From Guillardia theta CCMP2712 (Eukaryota > Protista > Cryptophyta), in assembly GCF_000315625.1 (NCBI RefSeq), contig NW_005434565.1:164521-228520 (forward strand): 64,000 nt of DNA, given 5' to 3'. The notes under the pieces were generated by a model. That model was not told the origin of the DNA, did not search any database, and worked only from the letters and a program-made list of their open reading frames with translations. Every line of letters starts with the position of its first letter. The stretch's first letter is position 1. The translations under genes and the position numbers were made by a program. Of this stretch, positions 1 to 11,437 are shown piece after piece.

Positions 1-1932
1 TGAGACTACAGCGGGCTGAGCCTGAAAGAAGGAGTTGATCCCCTTCTGGTTGGCCGTGCGGTCGAAGGGCTTCGTGGGGGGAGTCTTCTTGTTGGTGCTG
101 GTCCGGTTCTTCGGAGTTCGGGCCAGTGATTCACCCGCGGGTTCTTGATGATTTGACTCCTTTGATTCCTTCTTTGTCGGGCGACTTTCTTTCCTCTTCT
201 TCTTCTTCCTGACAGCGCTGGTGTCATCTGATCGCAGAGAACTCTGTATCTCCTCGATTTCAAGAGCACAAAGCTCCAGCTCTTTGATCGACGGATCGTA
301 AGAGTAAAAGGTGAAGTCTGACGCAAAGCATCCAGGATTTGCAACCTGAGTAGACTTGAAGGTGATGGTATAAGCGCTGGCTTTGTCACCCAGAATCAAG
401 ACATTCGGGAGAGGGTACATCCTTAAGGCATGATCGTAGTTCCAGTCGATGGGCGCTACATGAAGAGGAAGGGGGCAGAGGTGGCCCTGGCACAGGATTG
501 TCTTCGCCGCGTGCTCGTAGACTGACTTCTCGGTATTGGAAGGCCGTCTGCTGTACTGACGAAGCTTGGAACAGATGTCGTCACGGTGAAACAAGAGCTC
601 TTGGCTGTAGAATTTGATTCTGCAAGGATCTGATGTGAAGGTGCTGGATGGAACCTTGTTCTTAAAAGGCTCGGTGATGACGGTTGGAAGCGAATTCCTT
701 GGCAAGATCATGCCGTTGCTCCCTAGAACATCGTTGGGACCCGGGATGAAGATGAAGCTTGATTTGTTCTCAAGGTTCTTGAAACTCTGGATTATGGTCC
801 CCAACTAAAAAGAAAGAATCAGTGATGATTTGCAACGGAAAATGTTATGGAACCTGATCAAACAACTCTCGGTGCAACGTGTAATTCTTTGGGGCAGGTT
901 GAGATGTGAAGTTTCCCATGAAAACAAAGATCAAGAACAAATCTGAATCTTCACCAGCTTCTTTGCAGGCTGAGTCGTATCGAAACAACATCATTTTGAG
1001 ACCGTTCATGACTTTCGCCCTATCCAACCAAACATCGGACAGCACGATCACCCTAGTCCCTGCTTGCTGTGATTCCTCAGCCCTCAGAGATTCCAGTTCC
1101 TCGTTCGTGTATGGCTTCCTGTTGGTGGGCACAGATAGCGTGGGGAAAATCCTACATGTTTCTTTGCGATCTTCGGCGGGCGGCATTGCGAGCACCTGGA
1201 CCACAAAAATGTCTCCCTTCATCATGCCTTGAGCAACCACCACACAGTTCTCAGTAAACAATCCAACAGATGTATCAGCGTTTGAAAGATCAATTTCTAT
1301 TTCGCCAGTCAAGTCTTCAAGGTGGAATTTTCCTTCTTTGGGCTGTGTCAGAAGTCCCAGTACACAAGAAGACTGTCCAGGGTTTCGACGCAGGCTGGTA
1401 ATGCTGGAAATCTCCTGATAAGTCGAGTCTTGAACGAACTTCTTCTTTTCGAAGATCTCGTTCCGCATGACGCGCTGGTTTATGATCTCATATCGTTCAC
1501 GGAAGGCTTGAAGTCGATTGAACTGAACTTTTTTCGCAGAGATGGATCTTGAAGATCCATCTTCGCGAAGGAAGACTTTCCTATCTTTGTCGTACCTAGA
1601 GATTGGTGTCTCCTTGTGGTCGATGATTACAATCGCCTCCGTCGATTCTCCGTCCCTTTGCTCGGTTTCATTGATGATCTCCTGGACGAGCTCAGAAGTG
1701 ATCTTCGACTGTGAAACTGGAGGCATACAGTCAGAAACAAGTTCAACTTTCATGAATCGCCCTCACAGTTGGGATGGTTCTTGATCCGGACGACAAGGTC
1801 CTTCAAGCTTGCGTCAAAGTCTTCGGATTTTTGAAGGTACTCCATGACGGAATTCAGTGTGTCCTTCCCCGTCAAGACAAGTCCATTCATCCTGAAGCAG
1901 GACCATACCTCCTTTTGCTGCTTTCGAGACAT
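1..1932 (-). CDS. POLE2: DNA polymerase epsilon subunit B (DPB2/POLE2); spliced, 3' end runs off the window
   Basis: Exons ~1932-1767, ~1716-854 and ~804-1. Family motifs: VLGLLTQPKEGKFHLEDLTGEIEIDLS, GLFTENCVV, VLSDVWLD, FVFMGNFTS, FIFIPGPND, TSDPCRI, QGHLCPLPLHVAPIDWNYDHALRMYPLPNVLILGD, ANPGCF. Confidence 0.93.
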
Positions 1933-2347
1933 GGCCAGGAATGCTGGTCAAACAAATCCTGATGAAGAACGCCTCAGTCACGTATCAGCAGATCCCGCCC
2001 CCCTTGCATTGACACCGCTTCACAGAAATGCTCTTAAAATCTTCGTACAGATATGCTCAGCCATATCCCTATCTTCCATCCTAGATGGATCGATTTCTTT
2101 CTGAAAGAATGAAGTTCCTCTCGTACCTGGTCGCTACATCTTTCAAGACCAGCTTAACGTTCTGAACATTTTTGTTGATAGCCTACATCAGTATCCTGGA
2201 AATCCTTGCCCCATCACACCTGCTTCCCCCATTGTTTCTCTTCTCTGTCCCCTCATTTCATCCTTCTTTCCCCTTCTTATCTCTTCTCGAATCGAATCGT
2301 TTCCCTCTTCCTCGTCTCCTCTCGTCATTCGGTCTCCTCCTTTTCTA

Positions 2348-2461
2348 CCTGCTGCCTGCTGCCTGCTGCCTGCTGCCTGCTGCCTGCTGCCTGCTGCCTG
2401 CTGCCTGCTGCCTGCTGCCTGCTGCCTGCTGCCTGCTGCCTGCTGCCTGCTGCCTGCTGCC
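2348..2461. repeat. (CCTGCTG)n heptamer tandem repeat
   Basis: About 16 direct copies upstream of POLE2. Confidence 0.95.
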
Positions 2462-2546
2462 TCCTACTCCTCCTCCTGTTCCTCCTCCATCTTTCTTCCT
2501 CTCTTCTCCGCTGCCTCCCCCTCCCCATTTCATATCGACGGGCATT

Positions 2547-2557
2547 GCGCGCCAAAA
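2547..2557 (-). promoter_or_regulatory. E2F-type site TTTTGGCGCGC upstream of POLE2
   Basis: The + strand reads gcgcgccaaaa, which matches the TTTSSCGC consensus. It lies upstream of an S-phase replication gene. Confidence 0.55.
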
Positions 2558-2885
2558 TCCCTAGAGTGACCCTCATACAACCAAGCCCACCTCAGTGAAG
2601 AATTCCCTACCCTCCTACCCCTACCCCACCCCTTCCTAATCGAGTACCCACCCTTTCTAAATAAACTTATCCACCCCTACTTTTCTAAATAAATTCACCC
2701 TACCCCCTACCCCGTGTGCAACTTTTTCAAAAGATCGAGGGATTGACGAGACTTGTCATTCGAAATGGTGAGAAAAACATGGAGGAGGAGGACGAGGAGG
2801 ACGAGGAGGGCGACGAGGAGGAGGAGGAGGAGGAGGAGGACGATGACGAGGAGGGCGACGAGGAGGAAAAGGAGGACGAGGAGGG

Positions 2886-2916
<31 letters not shown>

Positions 2917-3103
2917 CAAGTCAAAGAAAAGGTGGAACAACAAACAGGAAGGCAACAGATTGGAGTCAAACAAGATCCTGAGTGTTTAGAGTCCCGGGAG
3001 TGGGCTGTGAGAGTCTCTGACTTGCCTCAAGGTTGCAGCCAACATCATCGTCGGGATATTGATCATACTGTTTGCATTGACGTTTGACGCTGTGAGGTCT
3101 GAA

Positions 3104-6100
3104 ATGTGGTTTGGAGGGCTCACCGGCCATAGCTCACCTGGGTTCCGAACAGTGCTCCCATTCTTGGTGTTTTCAAAGGATCTGCTCGAATCTTCGCTGC
3201 TACTTCAACGTACTTCCGCAAGATCTTCGGTCTCTTGTAGTTTTCCTTCCTTCCTCTCCCTGACCTGCGAGGTGCAAGCAGGAAAGTCTGCGGCCCTGCA
3301 GGCAGCGAACAAGAAGGACGATGATGCGAAGGCTCCTCCTCAGGTGTCTCAGTGTGCTCGCGCTGTCGGCCGGTAGTTCTGATAGGAGCGATGCAAGCTG
3401 TCGGAAGAGATCAAGGAAGAAGTCGCCAAGCTGGTCCGCACGATGATGACAAGGGCGGGGAGCGAGAATGCCGCAGAGGTCGCAACGCATCGATTTTCGT
3501 CGCAGACAGGCTGACAGACTGTTGAAGAATGCTCGGAATGACCTGCCCCCGAGCTCCGCGACGGTGAGGGTGGGATGATGGAGATGAGAAGTTCTGAGGA
3601 GCAGCTGCAGCAGCAGCCGAACGATCTGAACGAGGAGTTGAAGTCGAGTTACAACAGGTTGAGGGCAGAGATTGCAGCAGCCAAGTAAGTAGGAGGAAGC
3701 GGAGGAGGGGGATGGGGAAGAGGAAGATGAGCAGCAGCAACAGCAGGTGGAGTGTGGGAGGGAAGGAGGGGGGGGGTTGGGGTGACAGGAGGAGGAGGAG
3801 GAGGAGGAGGAGGAGGAGGTGCTGGTGGTGGTGGATGAGCGGAGGAGGAGGATGATGAGGCTGAGGAGGAGTGTCTTCGTCCTGATAGCCTCCAGGCAAG
3901 AGAGCTTGGAATTGCAAAACCTGAGGACGGAGGTGACGAGTGCTTCAACTTTGGGGGTTGCGGGGGCGTGTGAAGGAATGTAAGAATTCTTTCAATGTCA
4001 CTGACAGATGTCTGTTATCCTTCAGGTCGAGATGTCGTTGCAGAGTTTGCGGATTGAGATCGAGCAAGCTGCCGACGCCAAGAACAGGAGCGTCACTCAT
4101 GTACAATCCCTCCCTTCCCTCCTACTCCTGCTACTCCTCTGCCTGCTTCTGAACTTTCCGTTTCTTGTCGCACTTTGGCAGTTTCGAAAGGAGCTGGAGA
4201 GTACAAACTTGTCAATCGCAAGATTTGAGAATGAGGTGAGTGAACCTACGATCTTTCCTTGCCTCGCCTTGTTGTCATCTACTGACTTTGGGCCTTTAGA
4301 TCCAGAGGATGGACACGTTGATACAATCCGAGAGAGGGAATTCTGAGGTGAATGAGGGAGAGACAGAGAAGAAGCAAGGGAGGGATTGGGCAAGGAGTAA
4401 GAGGAGTAAGAGGAGGAGGAGTAAGAGGAAGAGGAGTAAGAGGAACAAAAGGAGGAGGAGGAGGAGTAAGTGGAGGAGGAGGAGGAGGAGTAGAGTATCA
4501 ATGGATCCACGTGAACTTGTTCTTTGGCTTGCAGGAATTGAAGAAGAAAAGTGAAGATCTCGACAATCAGCTCAGAGATCTGAGAGCTCAGCATGTCTGT
4601 CTGCCTGCTGTGATCATGTTTGTTCCTCACTACATTCTCCAACAGGACCTTCTGGGCCTCGAAGTTGGTCATGTCAGAAACCAACTGAGCAAACCTGTCA
4701 AGGAAGTATCGTTCCACCATGTCAGCTCAAACCATGTTTCCCTGTTGTGTTGGTTTATTGTGAGGAATCTTTGCTTTCAGACGGCTGTTGACAAGATGGA
4801 AGTGGACAAGCTGAGAGAGAGGATGGAAGGTTTTGAAACACAAGTGAGTGTCGCATCTGCGTCTGCATGTTTGCTGAAGTTGGTCTGAGCAGCTGATGAG
4901 CCTGGGCGAGAGAAGAACGAGGGAGGAGTCAACAATAGCAGACACAACAACTTGTGAAAGGACGAATCACGAACTCAGCAGCGATGTGAGAGTGATTTGA
5001 CAGTGTTCTGTTGACTTGTTGGTGATGTTCAAATTGTTGCAGCTGGATGCAAGGGCAGCCCAACTCACCAAGACAGCTTCAGAGGTGAACACGTTGCAGA
5101 AATTTCGAGAGAGCAAACTTTCTTTCTTGAAACAAGAGCGCTTGTTGAACTCACTATATGCGTGTGCTCATGTCTGCAACCATTCAGGTGCTGGGTGCAA
5201 AGAAAATGATCGAGTTGTTGCACACGGAGTACAAGCAAGAGTGAGAGTTGTCAGAGGCGAAGAAGATCTGTTGATCATGATCCCAGAAAGATCGCCATCG
5301 AGACAAGAATTAAGCAGATGGATGAGAAAGTCGAACAGGTTTGAGCTGACTTCTTTTGCCTCCTCCTCCTCCTCCTCCTCCTCCTCCTCCTCCTCCTCCT
5401 CCTCCTCCTCCTCCTCCTCCTCCTCCTCTTCTGATAACCCAGCAGGTTTCTTCTTCCAACCTCGAGGCGCTGGCAGCTCTTGAAGCGATTCGATACAAGG
5501 TCAGACTGTCCTTGCTCCCTCGTCTCCTCATCCATCTTTGACTTGCAGTACAACGAGTTTCTGACGCTCTCCAACGAGCTGAACGCGATGAAAGACGAAG
5601 TTGATTGCCCTTGACATGTTGTGCTGGACTGATGATGATGAAGACGAACAGTCTGATCAAGGAGAGCTCTGGCAAGGTGAGCAGAGGGGACGAGGGAGAG
5701 GGAGAAATGAAGATGAGACGCGGGAAGAGCCAGGACGAGGAAGGAGAGGGTTTGAGAGGATGTAATCAAGGGAGAGGAGGGAGGAGCAGGAGCAGGAACA
5801 AGAGGAGAAGCAGGAGAAGGAGGGAAGGAGAGAAGAAAAGGAGCAGAGGAGCGAGGAGAAGGAGGAGGAGAGATGTCTTGTTGATGTATTCTGAAATGAT
5901 GCAGATGAAGGAGATCTCCACTGTTCTCGATCAAGTGCAGGAGCTGAGAAGGGAGATGACGGTGAGACCGCAGACAGAAATCATAAGATACCATAGCACA
6001 ACGTCTTCATCTCACATTACAACATGTCATATTATAGCATAACAAGACATATGTCAGCAGTGTTGTGACGTTCAGAATAATCGGGTTACATATCAGTCTC

Positions 6101-7908
6101 ATCTCATCTCATTCCATCTGATCTCATCTTGTATCAAATCATGAATTTGAATGCAGTTGAGGGACGACGCTCTTGACATTCGGTTGAGAGGTAAGGATTC
6201 TGAGAATTCCTCCTTGAATCTTGTTTGTACTTTTCTTTCTCCTTTTCTTCTCCCACTTTCTTCTTTCTCCCCTTTCCTTTCTCTTCTCACTCCTCTTCTT
6301 CTTACATTCTCTTCAAGAACTCAAAGTGCAGCTGAAAGAATACATAGTGAACAAGAAGAAGGCAAAAGATCCCTCTCCCTCTCCTCCTCCTTCTCCTTCG
6401 TCTTCTCCTTCTCCTTCTTCTCCTCCGCCCCCCCCCCCCCCCGCCCGCCCCCCCTTTTCTCCTCCTCCTGATTTTCTGCATCGCCTCCCTCTCTTCTCCT
6501 CCCCTCTCCCCTCTCCTCTCTTTTCCCTCCCTTCCTCCCCGCTCATCTCAAGTCTCTCCAGGAGCTCGACGGAGCCTCCACCCCTTCTCGCCCGACGTTC
6601 ACGCCCGTCTCTTCTCCTCCTGCGCTGACATCGGAGTCACGATGCCCTTCAGATCAAGCGACCAGGCGCGACAGGAGAATTTCAAGGTGCGGAATCATGA
6701 GGAGGGGCAGAGAGGGAGCTGGAGAAGAAGAACATGAGAGGAGGAGGAGAGGAGGAGGAGGAGTTGGTGTTGGTGGTGGAGGAGGTGTAACAACGTTACA
6801 GGAGCAACGCCGTCAGCAGGTCTTCTTCCTTCTCTCACGCTTCCTTGTGCCTCCCCCCCCTCATCTTCTCCCCAGCCCATCAGGGGGTTGGCGGCGACGG
6901 CACGGCCAGCAAACTTTCCTTGCGCTCTCAGTCGCCGTCTGAGGTCTCAACGAGGAGGAACGAAGCCGCTAGACCTTCTCCCGAAGCTCATCAAGACGTG
7001 AGACGATCCTGCTCGTCGATGACTTCCTCCTCGTCTCCTGCTGCTGCTGCTGATCCTCCTCCTCCTCCTCCTCCTCCTCCTCCTCCTCCTCCTCCTCCTC
7101 CTCCTCCTCCTCCTCATTCTCATCCTTTGCTCTCAGGTTGGCATAGGAGTCAAGTTCTCAGCGACAGGGGACGGGCTGCTGGTAACCTTTCCTCCTTGTC
7201 TCTCCTCCTCTCTCCCCTACTCTTCTCCCTCGCTCCTTCCCTCCTTCCCTTCCCCCTTCTCTTGCTCCTCCAACTCCTCCAACTCCTCCTCGCCTCCCTC
7301 ATCCTTGCCGCAGGTCGTCGATCTCGTTCCCAACAGCGCTGCCGCCCATGTCTCGGCCGTTCTCCTCCTCTCCGCACTGACTCGTCTACCTCAGAGCGGC
7401 GAGGTTCTCATAGGCGATCGTGTCGTCACCATTGACGGGCAAGACATCTCCATGGTGGGGACTCCTTCCCTCCCTCCTCCCTCCCTTCTCCTGCTTCTGC
7501 TCCCGCTCCCGCTCCCGCTCCTGCTCCGCGTGCTGCTGCTGCTGCTCTCCCCCTCACCAGAACTCCAGCTGCCGTCCTCGGAGGCCGTCCGCAAGATCCT
7601 CGGAGCCCCGAACTCACTGGTCACTCTCGGAATCAATCGCCATGGGCAGGCGAGTAACAGAAGTCCCTCCTCCTCCTACTCCTACTCCTCCTACTCCTTT
7701 CCTCCTCAACCCAATCATTCCCTCCTTTCCTTCCTCCTCCTTTTCCCTCTTCCTCCTCCTCCTCCTCCTCCCAATCATTCCCTGCTCTACCTCCTCCTCT
7801 GCCATCTCTTTCCCCCCTCTCTCCTTGTTCTCCAATCTTCTTCCCTCAAATTCTCTACAGTCAAGGAGCGTCAAGTTGGTCCGAGGCTGGACATCGAGCA
7901 TGCCATGA
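3104..7908 (+). CDS. Multi-exon coiled-coil protein with C-terminal PDZ domain (start approximate)
   Basis: Many short heptad-rich exons between 3.3 and 6.4 kb. The spliced PDZ reads VGIGVKFSATGTGCW/VVDLVPNSAAAH/SGEVLIGDRVVTIDGQDISM/LPSSEAVRKILGAPNSLVTLGINRHGQ/SRSVKLVRGWTSSMP*. Confidence 0.75.
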
Positions 7909-8215
7909 CCGAGGGGAAGGAGGAGGGAGATAGCTAGAGGGTCGAGACTTGTTCATCTCTTGGCTTTTATCTTTCATCTGATCTTTTTTGTTTTTTGAAC
8001 TTCACAAAGAAGAAATTCCCTGTGAGCAAAGAAAAAAACAGGTTTCCCTTACAACTTCGATTACACATTTCATGGTACATCCTTCTGTTCAACCTTGTCG
8101 CCGTCCAACGCCAAGTCCCTCTCCATACATGTTGCGCCACCATTCGTTGTTTCCCGCTTGCTGATCCATCGCATGTACAGTCTCATCCATTCCCATGAGC
8201 AGCTTCTTACAAGCC

Positions 8216-9974
8216 TCAGGCCTGGTTCGCGTTCCACGTGGTTGGACCGGAGACCGATCCTTGACCAAGACCATAGAGGACCTGCAGCGATAGTCAGACG
8301 ACGCTTCCTCCTTCCATCCCATGACTCACCCCAGCATACTTGGATTCATCGATGTTGTTCTCAAAAAATAATCTTGCCATTTTGAAAAATGTCAAAGATG
8401 TGACCTACACGCCTCAGTCAGGACGACACGCTCAACCAGCTGAGCTGCTCTTACCAAGCTGTCGCTGCCTGCTTGATGCGACGGTCCCACCCTCTTCACC
8501 TGTCGGAGACATTCAACGGCTGCTTTCTGACAGCAGGGGGAAGACCTCGAGCGTCTCGGCAATGCGATTCAGACCTCCTTTCAGTGATTCGCAGCTCTTC
8601 ATGATGTACTGCGTGGCCCAGTCAGGCCACTTTGTCAAAGTTCTAACAATCTCACCTTGATATCGAAGAAGCATGGAAAGTAATCACCGAGCAGAGCAAA
8701 GAAGTCGCTTTCCTTCTCAGGAAGCTGTCAAAGAAATTCAGCCACACTGAATAGATGAAACCATCGTCCGACCTTGGCATTCGTCAACACTTTCACCAGA
8801 TACCTGAAATTTCGCACTTATTAGCACGCGCATTTGAATTTAACGAGGGAAAAAGAAAAAAAAATATTACCCAAAATCGAAGTATGAATGGAAGGAAATC
8901 CATCGCACTTCCTCACTAAGAGTGAGTCCAGAAACCTGGAATACATCATCACTTCTTCTTACTCCCTCCCTCCCTTGTATACCATGAATAATCCCCCGAA
9001 TTCTTCTACATCAATTCCATCTTTTTGATGCTTTTCAAAATCTACACCAGCCTGTTCGTCCAAGCCGTCAGCATGTCAACTCTCCCCCAGAAAACGAGAT
9101 GTGCTTGATACCTTTCGCAGCAGATCGATCGAATCTTGGGCGAAAATATCATTTTCCAGATCAAAGCTGGAAGATATGTCATGGAAACACACCCGACCTT
9201 GCAAGTCCCAACCTGAAATGAAATTGCCATGTGCACCTTTCATGTAAGTTTCCGTTCTCGTCCGAGAAAGTTAATCCGAGCTGAGAAATTCCACTCAGCT
9301 ACATGTCTGGCAACGGACGGGTATACCTGAATTATCCTTAACAGGTCAACATTGCATTTCACAGTCTGGAGAAGAAGTGTAAGAACGAGGACGAGCTCGT
9401 CATTTCGAGTGAATCAAAATTCTTCGAAATGAGGCATAGCCGAACAAAGACAGGACACATAATTACTTGATATTGATAATCTGTGTGAGAACGGAAGGTT
9501 CCATAAGGCCTTGCAACAACACCAGGAAATTCCGTGTCCATAGCAACGTATGGGTGCTTCAAGGAAGAACAAAAAGAATCAACAACCTCAAAGTCCCCCG
9601 CTCCATCCGTTCTCCTCACCGTTTGAACGATGTCAGAGATCTCCCTGAAGGCGTCTTCAAGATTATGCCTCCACACATTGATGATATTGGTGTCGTCAAC
9701 AATCACAGGCTGGTTTGCCGCCAAGAGTTCGTTCATCATCGGAGCGGTCATCCCGGCACCTTGGTCGTCCTGGCGACAACGTGAGCTAACCTTCACTTCA
9801 CGCTCTCCTTCCCTCCACGCTCTCCTTCCTCACCATGGACTGCTGATTCATCCATTCTGTTTGAGCAGAAAGTGTTGAGAGCTCGCTCGGTTCTCCGGGC
9901 GCGTCCCAGTCCTCTCCGTCGCCAATGGTCTCATCGTCTCCCTGCGCACCATCTCCTTCGGGTGCCATGGCCAT
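8216..9974 (-). CDS. CAF1: CCR4-NOT deadenylase subunit CAF1/POP2 (CNOT7/8, DEDD nuclease); multi-exon
   Basis: Motifs: INVWRHNLEDAF, HPYVAMDTEFPGVVARPYGTFR..DYQYQ, CNVDLLRIIQ, TWQFHF, FAQDSIDLL, WISFHSYFDFG, LKGGLNRIAETL, VLYGLG. Stop codon at 8216-8218. Confidence 0.93.
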
Positions 9975-11437
9975 TGGGGTCAAACTTCAAATCGCTTCAA
10001 ACCAGGAAGGGATTATTCCATCTGCAGAGATAAATGTTAGACCATGATAAAATCAGCAAGCTGCCAAGATTTCACTTCCATGATTCATCTCTTGTAACAT
10101 AAGGATCCGTTGAACTAAACCTGTCCACTAAATCCTGCTCCATGCGACAATTCCACGCTGAATAAAGTTTGCTGTAACTAGCTGCTTTCGCATAATCATT
10201 CATAACCTCTTATTCACGCCCCCTCCTACTCTTTTACAAAGTTTCTTGTGGTACATTTACCTTAGAACATCTGTCAACCATCTCCTGCCCCTCCTACCAT
10301 ACGCTACCAAGGCTCACCCTGCTAATCTTTCTGCATGCTTCGGCTTCAGCAATCTACCTTTCTTTGCCTGGCATTTCTTTTGTTCCAGCATCATCCTCTT
10401 CACCTCCCCTTCCTCTCCCCCTCCTCCCCTCCCTTCCTTCCCCACCATTGCCATTCCTCTTCCTCGCAGCGCTGGCGGGCGACGAGCGGAAGGGCAGGGG
10501 GGTGATATGTCATGGGTGGGTTACACGAAATCTTTTAAGATGATTCTAAATTATGAGATTTTGAGTTGCAATTGCCTCCTAATATTCAAATAAAATTTGA
10601 ATATTTTGTCTAAAACTCCCATCGAAGGGGTGGGTAGTGAATTTAGTAGGGTCCTTTGGGGGTGGAGGGCTCATGATTTAAAAAAACCGATAAATAGTTT
10701 TATATCTGTATACACTATTTATAAATTTATATGATATTGTACTAACAATAGCAACTAATGGACTGATATTTTCCATAAATAAGTCGAGTAATATTAAAAA
10801 GATGTAAATAGTACACGGATATCAAATTTCGTACGATTTACTACCAAGTTTTTTCAATAGAAATTTTGAACATGGCTCTATTTAAAATACTAAAATAATG
10901 ATAACTAAACCTCATGGTAGTTAACCCTTCCACTTTTCGAAGTTTCGGCCCCAGAACGTCCAAACTTTCAGAAATTTCGCCACTGAAGTCTCAAAGTTTC
11001 ACCGATCGGCGGCAGCCGGGCCCGGGCCGGGTCCCCGGGCCCGGGCCGCCGGGCGCAGCAGCAGGTAAAAGGCAACTTGTGCCTGTACAGGTGCTCTCGG
11101 ACATGTTGCAGATGTCTCTGAATTGATACAAGTACTTCACACTATCAAACAAAATCCCTCGGGGCCCCGGACGCTCAGGTTGAGTTGCTCCGCGTCGCCT
11201 CCTATGCTCATGTGGTAGTTCGTACAGCCACGTCGTGAAGGAGATACGCAATAAAGATGTGCAGAGCCCCAGCATACATGGCGAGGATGAGGACGATCTG
11301 TGAGTACGAGTGAGGATAGAAGAGTAGAAGAGTAGGGGGAGACAGGCAAGAGGAGCACAAGGAGCTGGGATGAGGGGAAGGGGGTAATCTCGGAACAACA
11401 CGGTGGGTGCCGCGGCGCTAGAGGAGCAAGTGGGGAG

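Noticed and set aside
2716-3087. Acidic poly-E/D ORF (123 aa)
   Set aside because: It lies in a GAG/GAC low-complexity tract like those upstream of other genes, and has no non-repetitive coding signal.
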